Part shown: positions 54,761 to 60,566 of the stretch, piece by piece
Position numbering within the stretch: the stretch's first letter is position 1
Layout: the number at the start of each line of letters is the position of its first letter
Source: an uncultured Sphaerobacteraceae bacterium
GTDB taxonomy: Bacteria; Chloroflexota; Chloroflexia; Thermomicrobiales; UBA6265
Length of the DNA: 60,566 nt
Direction of reading: 5' to 3'
Assembly (NCBI GenBank): GCA_964622205.1
Contig: CAZUPA010000004.1
Span: 1,622 to 62,187, forward strand
Program-made: the position numbers and the translations under genes
The notes under the pieces: generated by a model
Told to the model about the DNA's origin: nothing
What the model saw: only the letters and a program-made list of their open reading frames with translations
Databases searched by the model: none

Positions 54761-55044
54761 GGAAGCAGGAGAACCTCATGGATCGACCAGGAGCCGGGCA
54801 ACGAACGATCAGCCGGAGAAGCGCTCTCCAGGGCGCCGCCGCCACGGGAATGGCGCGCTCGCCATGGATGCGTGCCACGCCCGTGGCGGTCGGCCAGGCG
54901 CGCCATTGCCCTCTCCGCGGGGGAAGATCATGTGTGCCGCCCAGTCCACGACTCGCCGCGATCATCGCGAATTAACGCTATCCGCCGATCGATCGGTGAC
55001 AATACCCGCTGTTTCGAACCACCGTCGAACTGGAGCCACTCGCA

Positions 55045-56310
55045 TTGAGCGCACCGGCCACCCTCGCCCGAAGACTCTCCACCACCGATGCCGTCGTCAT
55101 CGGCCTCGGCTCCATGATGGGCGCCGGAGTTTTCGCCGCCTTCGCTCCCGCCGCCCGCGCCGCCGGGAGCGGACTCCTGATCGGCCTGGCCATCGCGGCC
55201 ATGATCGCCTACTGCAACGCCACCGCCTCCGCCCAGCTCGCGGCCCAGTACCCCACCTCTGGCGGGACCTATGTGTATGGCCGCGAACGTCTCGGCCACT
55301 GGTGGGGATTCGCCGCTGGCTGGGCATTTATCGTGGGCAAAACCGCCTCCTGCGCCGCCATGGCGATGACCGTCGCCGCCTATGCGATATCCGGTCCGTG
55401 GTGGGTCGAGCGGCTGGTCGCCATCGCCGCCGTGGCTGGGCTGACCGGCCTCAACCTGCGCGGAATCACCCGCACGGCCCGCGCCACAATGGTCATCGTC
55501 GGGATCACGATCACCTGCCTCCTCATCGTCGTTATCGCTATCCTCGCCTTTGGCGCCACCAGTAGCGACAACCTCGGCGGCATGTCCGCCTTCGGTGAAG
55601 GAGGTCTGTACGGTATCCTCCAGGCGGCGGGCCTCCTCTTCTTCGCCTTTGCCGGGTACGCGCGAATCGCCACCCTCGGCGAGGAAGTCCGCGATCCGCG
55701 ACGGGCGATTCCCCGCGCCATCCCTATCGCGCTTTTCATCACCGTCGCCGTATACACGGTTATCGGCATCACCATCCTGATTGCCGCTGGCCCCGATCTG
55801 CTGGCCGAATCAGCCGCCCCGCTGGTCACCGCCGTCCAGGCGGCCGGAGTTGGCGACGTCGAAGCGGTCGTTCGCATCGGCGGCCTGGTCGCCAGTCTCG
55901 GCGCGCTCCTCGCCCTGATCGCTGGAATCGGCCGCACCACGCTCGCCATGGCCCGCGAGCGAGACCTCCCCGCCTGGTTCGCGGACGTCCACCCGCGCTA
56001 CAAGGTCCCTCACCACGCCGAAATCGTCCTCGCCGGACTCGTCTGCGCCATCGTCCTCGTCGCCGATGTCCGCGGCGCCATCGGCTTTTCGTCCTTCGGT
56101 GTTCTGCTCTATTACGCCATCGCCAATGCCTCGGCATACACGCAGGACAACGCACATCGTCTGTGGCCCCGCTGGCTGAACGTCTTCGGGCTCGCTGGAT
56201 GCCTTGTCCTCGTTGCCACCCTCCCCTGGCAGTCGAGCGCCATCGGTCTCGCGGTGATCGCCGCTGGCCTGCTCGGACGCCTCCTGCTGAAGGGTCGCCC
56301 GTCCGGTTAG
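55045..56310 (+). CDS. APC superfamily amino acid permease
   Basis: G.GSM.G.G.F.......AG, 12 TM segments, TTG start. Confidence 0.8.
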   Translation: MSAPATLARRLSTTDAVVIGLGSMMGAGVFAAFAPAARAAGSGLLIGLAIAAMIAYCNATASAQLAAQYPTSGGTYVYGRERLGHWWGFAAGWAFIVGKTASCAAMAMTVAAYAISGPWWVERLVAIAAVAGLTGLNLRGITRTARATMVIVGITITCLLIVVIAILAFGATSSDNLGGMSAFGEGGLYGILQAAGLLFFAFAGYARIATLGEEVRDPRRAIPRAIPIALFITVAVYTVIGITILIAAGPDLLAESAAPLVTAVQAAGVGDVEAVVRIGGLVASLGALLALIAGIGRTTLAMARERDLPAWFADVHPRYKVPHHAEIVLAGLVCAIVLVADVRGAIGFSSFGVLLYYAIANASAYTQDNAHRLWPRWLNVFGLAGCLVLVATLPWQSSAIGLAVIAAGLLGRLLLKGRPSG

Positions 56311-56404
56311 CCGTCCGGGTCGTGGGAACACCTCGTCACGCCACATCGCCTGGTACACAATGCACCGGAGACGTCCGAACCTTACACAGCGCGCGAGGAG
56401 ACCG

Positions 56405-56965
56405 ATGACCACCACCGATACTGCCCCCCGACCCGCCCAGCTTCAGATGATCCGTCCGCATCTGACGGACGAACCTGTCTTGCCGCCCCTTCCCGCCGGC
56501 TACGCCATCCGCCTTGCCCTGGGCGAAGCCGATGAGCGTGACCTCTCCCATGTCCTCACCACGGCGTTCGAGGAGGAGTGGTCCATCGACCGCGTTCGCT
56601 CCTCCCTCACCGCCGCCCCCGATGTGCTTGCGGTGTATGTTGTCACCTGGAACGATCGCCCGGTCGCCACCGCGTCCAGCCGCCACGACGCGGAGAAGTT
56701 TCCTGGCATGGGCTACGTTCACTGGGTCGGCGGTTTGCCCGAACACGCTGGTCATGGCCTCGGCTCCGCCCTTATGAATCGGCTCATGCAGGACTTTCGC
56801 GACCGCGGTTATCAGACGGCCATCCTCGAAACCGACGACCAGCGCCTGCCCGCCATCAAGGTCTACCTCCGCCACGGCTTCCTGCCCGTCTACGATGTGA
56901 AGGGCGAAGACCACCGCCCTCGTTGGGTATCGGTTTTCCAGCGCCTCCTCGCTCCCCGCCGGTAG
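56405..56965 (+). CDS. GNAT family N-acetyltransferase
   Basis: V.....HAGHGLGSALM block. GAGGAG lies 4 nt upstream of the ATG at 56405. Confidence 0.7.
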   Translation: MTTTDTAPRPAQLQMIRPHLTDEPVLPPLPAGYAIRLALGEADERDLSHVLTTAFEEEWSIDRVRSSLTAAPDVLAVYVVTWNDRPVATASSRHDAEKFPGMGYVHWVGGLPEHAGHGLGSALMNRLMQDFRDRGYQTAILETDDQRLPAIKVYLRHGFLPVYDVKGEDHRPRWVSVFQRLLAPRR

Positions 56966-57134
56966 TCGCGCGGCTTCTCCCCGCCACGGGAGCGGCGATC
57001 TCGCGCCCGTTTGATACGACACCTTTTCGCAGGGGATGGCCTCGGACGGGGGATGCGGATTGCGCGCGCGGCGTGCGTCCAGGGGTGACATGCCACGCGC
57101 TCGCCATTGCTGGACGCCGCGTCATGCCTTGAAT

Positions 57135-57172
57135 GCAGCGAGGCCGGTCCATGCACGGACCAGCCTCGCTGC
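57135..57172. terminator. Long hairpin between convergent genes
   Basis: GCAGCGAGGC-CGGTCC-ATGCAC-GGACC-A-GCCTCGCTGC. Confidence 0.5.
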
Positions 57173-57202
57173 GTTGCGTATTCGTCTGGGAATCAGCGGC
57201 CG

Positions 57203-58675
57203 TTAGGGCAGCGCGCCGATCACGTCGTCCGCGTCGAGGATATCCATCGCATCCTCACCGCTCGCCTCCACGGTGTCCTCGGCCAGGTCGAGCAGATCCT
57301 CGTCCAGGTTGCTCGCGGTGGTCCGCAGTTCGATGAAGACGTGCGTATCGCCGCTGATGATGTGCGCTTCCAGGATCACCACCACTGGATCGTCGGTCGA
57401 GTTGTCCACGTACATCACGGCCACGCGGTTCGTCTGGGTTCGGGTCAGCGCCACGTCCGTGTCCGCCGAAAGCCCGAGCACCGACTCGATGTAGGCAGGC
57501 TCGACCATCGCCTGGAGCAGCGCGTCCGCGTCCGTCATCCCGTGCGCCGGCTCGATCGTGATGTACAGCAGCGCCTCACCGCTCTCCGCGTCGGCGAGAT
57601 ACACCTCATCGACGCCACTGTCCGTGTGGGAAAGGATGGCGGGATCGTGCGCCGGGCTCAGCACCCAGTCTTCGGTCCATGTCACCGGAACGCCATGCTG
57701 CGGGCTGACGTAGTCTCCCGTGCCAACCAGGCCGGGCAGGTCGGTCGAGGGGCTGGCCACCGGGCTCGCCTCGGCGGTTGGGGTGCCGTTGGGCGGGTCG
57801 ATGATCTGCTCGGTCGCGGGAACTTCGGTCTCGACCGGTTCGGTCGGCTCTTCCGTTTCGACGGGTTCAGTCGGAACCTCTGTTTCCGGCACTTCAGTTT
57901 CGACTGGCTCGGTGGGTTCCTCGGTTTCGACTGGTTCGGTCGGCTCTTCGGTTTCGACGGGCTCCGCGCCACCTTCGAGCGCTTCCAGGATGTCGTCGAC
58001 ATCGAACACTTCGAACGGATCGTGGCCATCGACATCAATGTCATCGTCGATGCTGTTCAGGATGCGCTCGTACTCATCGGCGTCGAACAGGTCCAACCCC
58101 ACCCAGAACGTGAAGTCATCCTGGCCCGGATCGAGCGCGATCTGCATGTACACCACGTGCTCGTCGTTCGGGGCCACGTCGCGAGCCACGATCGCCACAT
58201 GCTCGTCGTCGCCATCGAGCAGCAGCACCTCCGCGTCTTCCGAGAGGAACAGGTTGTCCGTCAGGAACGACGGGTCCCCCATCGCAATCAGTACCAGCTC
58301 CAGGTCCATTGGTTGAGTCGCCGGGCTGAACCCAAGAGACAGCACCGATGTCTCCGATTCGGTGTCCGTCAGGAACACGATATCGCCGAGGTCCGGGTCG
58401 GACGCCACGGGACCGTCGAAGTTGCCGCCAATGGCGTGTTCCACATCGGGATTGTTCGGATCACCCACCGCCCAATCGTCGGTCCAGGTGATTTCCACAT
58501 CGAACTGGGGGCTGACGTACTCCCCTTCCTCGATCAGGCCCGGGAACTCGTCGTCCCCGTCGTCGATGTCCTTCAAGTCCTCCTGGAGGGCCAGGGCCGA
58601 ACCGCCAGAGCCCAGGATCAGGAAACACGCGATCAGGAGACGTAATGGGGTTAGCCAGCTTGTCGGAAGCGTCAT
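57203..58675 (-). CDS. Secreted, highly acidic two-domain protein with a TEEPTEPVE tandem-repeat linker, hypothetical
   Basis: Signal peptide is present. The two flanking domains share PGL(I/V)..G(E/D)YVSPQ..V.(I/V)TWT(D/E)DW. The start is set at MTLPTSW because GAAGGA lies upstream. Confidence 0.7.
   Translation of the reverse strand: MTLPTSWLTPLRLLIACFLILGSGGSALALQEDLKDIDDGDDEFPGLIEEGEYVSPQFDVEITWTDDWAVGDPNNPDVEHAIGGNFDGPVASDPDLGDIVFLTDTESETSVLSLGFSPATQPMDLELVLIAMGDPSFLTDNLFLSEDAEVLLLDGDDEHVAIVARDVAPNDEHVVYMQIALDPGQDDFTFWVGLDLFDADEYERILNSIDDDIDVDGHDPFEVFDVDDILEALEGGAEPVETEEPTEPVETEEPTEPVETEVPETEVPTEPVETEEPTEPVETEVPATEQIIDPPNGTPTAEASPVASPSTDLPGLVGTGDYVSPQHGVPVTWTEDWVLSPAHDPAILSHTDSGVDEVYLADAESGEALLYITIEPAHGMTDADALLQAMVEPAYIESVLGLSADTDVALTRTQTNRVAVMYVDNSTDDPVVVILEAHIISGDTHVFIELRTTASNLDEDLLDLAEDTVEASGEDAMDILDADDVIGALP
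57818..57965 (-). repeat. Coding tandem repeat (27-nt unit, about 5 copies) encoding (T/V)E(E/V)PTEPVE
   Basis: GGTTTCGAC(N)GGTTCGGTCGGCTCTTC-type units can be read directly. The region lies in-frame within the acidic protein gene. Confidence 0.8.
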
Positions 58676-58770
58676 GGAATGAATCCTTCTCGCAATGCAC
58701 AAGGCTGAATCCCGGACCGCCCAGCATTCGCCAGACCCGGTTCACGTGGTGTTACATGGTCAACGTTGTA

Positions 58771-59710
58771 TCAGGTGTCCCCGGTTCCATGCAATAGCGC
58801 CGGAATCACTCCAATGGCCCCCAATCTTGCAGGGAAGTCGCGATTTCCACTCCCCGGACCAATCTCCGGAGCCGCGTATCCGCCTCTTGCCGCGTCTCCC
58901 TTGATGAGTTGGTCGGCCTGGCAAATCGCCCACGTTTCGCCATTGATCTCCTGCCCAAACAGGCGCACGGCCACGGATTTGCCACGATCGGCGGCGATCT
59001 GCTTCAGGCGTTCTTCCGCCACCGAGAGCATGCCACCCGTTCCGCACGCGCCGTCGTAGATGAGCTTGAGCGAGGGTGTCACCTCATCCGCCACCGGTAC
59101 CAGCACCAGGTCGGCCATCAGCGCCACCACATCCCGCGGGGTGAAGTGCTCACCAGCCTCTTCATTGTTTTCTTCGTTGAAGCGCCGGATCAGCTCCTCG
59201 AAAATCGTACCCATCGCGTGATTGTCCCGCCCTCGGCAGGTTGCCAACCGGATTCGGGCCAAGATTGATGCTGGGATCGACGAAGCGCTGGATGAGCGGA
59301 CCAAGCCGGTCGGCCGCCACCAGCTTGGGAATCTGGGCGCGGAACTCGAAATGCCGCAGCAACTCGCGCACGTTCGGCGAGTAGCTATCGAGGTAGTTGA
59401 GGAAATTGGCTTCCAGTTGGGTCGAACTGTTGAGGAGTGACCGCAGCGTGAATCGCGAGGTGTTGTAGAAGTCATGGCCAGCCGCTTTGCGCAGGATTTG
59501 GTCCGGGTCTGTGATGCTGTTTTCCCGCGCCCACTCCAACTGAGCCAGCACCTCGTTCTTGGTTGGCTCCAGCACCGTGTCGAATCGCCTCAGCACCATC
59601 ATTGGCAGGATGATGTCGCGATACTTCGTCTTCTTGTAAACGTGGTGCAGCACCTCGTCGGCAACTCACCAGACGAATGACACGATTTGACCATGTTGAG
59701 CCGAATGCAT
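58771..59710 (-). pseudogene. hsdM: Type I restriction-modification methyltransferase HsdM, decayed (in-frame stop, frameshift, 3' truncation)
   Basis: HsdM blocks are split over two frames. N-terminal blocks: YRDIILPMMVLRRFD..LEPTK. Later blocks: DNHAMGTIFEELIRRFNE..NEEAGEHFTPRDV and YDGACGTGGML. The TGA at 59666-59668 interrupts MHSAQHGQIVSFVW*VADEVL. The frame shifts near 59225-59235. Homology ends after QLIKGDAA, before the NPPF motif. No hsdS or hsdR is present. Confidence 0.75.
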
Positions 59711-59947
59711 TGCGTGCGCTGCCTCTCTTGAGATGTATCGTTTTCCCTATGCATTGTAGGAAGCCCTGGGAGTGATGTCGACACTGTGCTTCACCGAATT
59801 GCTTTCAGCGAGTTCCCGAAGCCCGCTTCCAGCACTCGATGACTCTCTGCCACTGGCCAGTTTTCGGCGAGGTGGCGGGTCTTCTTCGTTTCGATGCGTT
59901 CACTGGGTATGGCGCGGTGCAAAACGGGTGAGATATACCTGTCCCGC

Positions 59948-60025
59948 CACCAGACAGTACGGAAGTCCTAAGCAGCCGTGGAGCGTGTGCCTCGCTGAGA
60001 ACTGTCGGCTGCTGTATGGACTTCC
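59948..60025 (+). ncRNA. Candidate structured non-coding element, copy B (paralogue of 23116-23189)
   Basis: CACCAGACAGTACGG leader. Hairpin GGAAGTCC-TA-AGCAGCCG-[27 nt]-CGGCTGCT-GTAT-GGACTTCC. The arm lengths, loop length and internal loop are the same as in copy A. Confidence 0.45.
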
Positions 60026-60426
60026 TTAATTGGGCGATGGAATGCATCCCGCTTTCCGCGCGCCGCTCTTGATGACCCGGTCATTGCCTACCCACCGACC
60101 ATCCACACACGGAAGGACCAGTCGATATGCACGTCGCTGCGCACGACAACATGACTACCGAGCCAACATTAATTCCGGTGCCTACATTAATCCTCAACCC
60201 CAAAAACCCCGCCACTCCGGGCAGAATCGCTCCCGGAAGTCGATTAAATGTATTAATGGATTATTGTTGGCGAAAAACACATCGCCAGACTATCGATCAT
60301 CGCCGGGCCAACCCTCTTTGCTCATCCCCTCACGACGCTCCTTGTTCCGCCACATGCGGCGTCCTATCCTGACACCAGTGGCACGGCTCCCGGATGGACC
60401 ACCAGACAACACGGATCGAGGAACAT

Positions 60427-60566
60427 CATGACATCACGTATCGGCATCATCGGCGGCTCCGGGGTGGAGCGGCCCGATGAGGGCTTCGCCGAACACGTCA
60501 TCGAAACCCCATACGGCCAGGCGCTGGCCTGGATCGGCGAGGGCGACCAGGAGGGCGTCGTCTTCC
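60427..60566 (+). CDS. mtnP: S-methyl-5'-thioadenosine / purine nucleoside phosphorylase, N-terminal fragment (continues beyond the window)
   Basis: The MTSRIGIIGGSG N-terminus is typical of the MTAP/PNP family. The reading frame is open to the window end. Confidence 0.6.

Noticed and set aside
57818-57965. Regularly spaced short repeats as a possible CRISPR array
   Set aside because: The units are contiguous 27-nt in-frame coding repeats (TEEPTEPVE) with no spacers.

Overview
High-GC (~65% by eye) bacterial chromosomal segment. Frequent Tat signals, ATGA/TGATG gene overlaps and GTG/TTG starts suggest a Chloroflexota/Actinomycetota-like host, but this is inference only. I call about 55 protein genes. 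I found no rRNA, tRNA, CRISPR array or intact mobile element. Left to right the window contains: an M20 amidohydrolase 3' fragment; an orphan hisH/hisF pair; a low-GC Xre/RES toxin-antitoxin islet; a divergent MocR regulator and aminotransferase; an ArsR-controlled seven-gene metal(loid) operon (Cys-tailed flavoprotein, ACR3 pump, then four translationally coupled small, Cys-rich or unknown genes, with no arsenate reductase); a GH6 glycosidase; a nucleotidyltransferase; a TetR/SnoaL/M20/M20/DapF cluster; a sortase-signal surface protein followed by an S9 peptidase homologue that lacks the catalytic Ser; an amidase plus a truncated amidase paralogue; a membrane and phosphoesterase cluster (TspO-like, COG4315 repeat protein, MFS, TauE, HdeD, holin-like AlkP fusion, EEP); Tat-exported oligopeptidase B; a peptide ABC operon; soxR with a SoxR box; an AI-2E transporter; an orphan 70-aa Cys protein; NUDIX; a sugar ABC operon; an alpha/beta hydrolase; two GNATs flanking an APC permease; an acidic two-domain secreted repeat protein; a decayed hsdM; and the start of mtnP. 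The signal the gene calls do not explain is a pair of paralogous ~71-nt hairpin elements (23116-23189 and 59948-60025) in otherwise non-coding gaps. They differ by compensatory base-pair changes and share a conserved internal loop, which fits an undescribed structured RNA or a small insertion element. The second candidate for novelty is the atypical ars-like operon.
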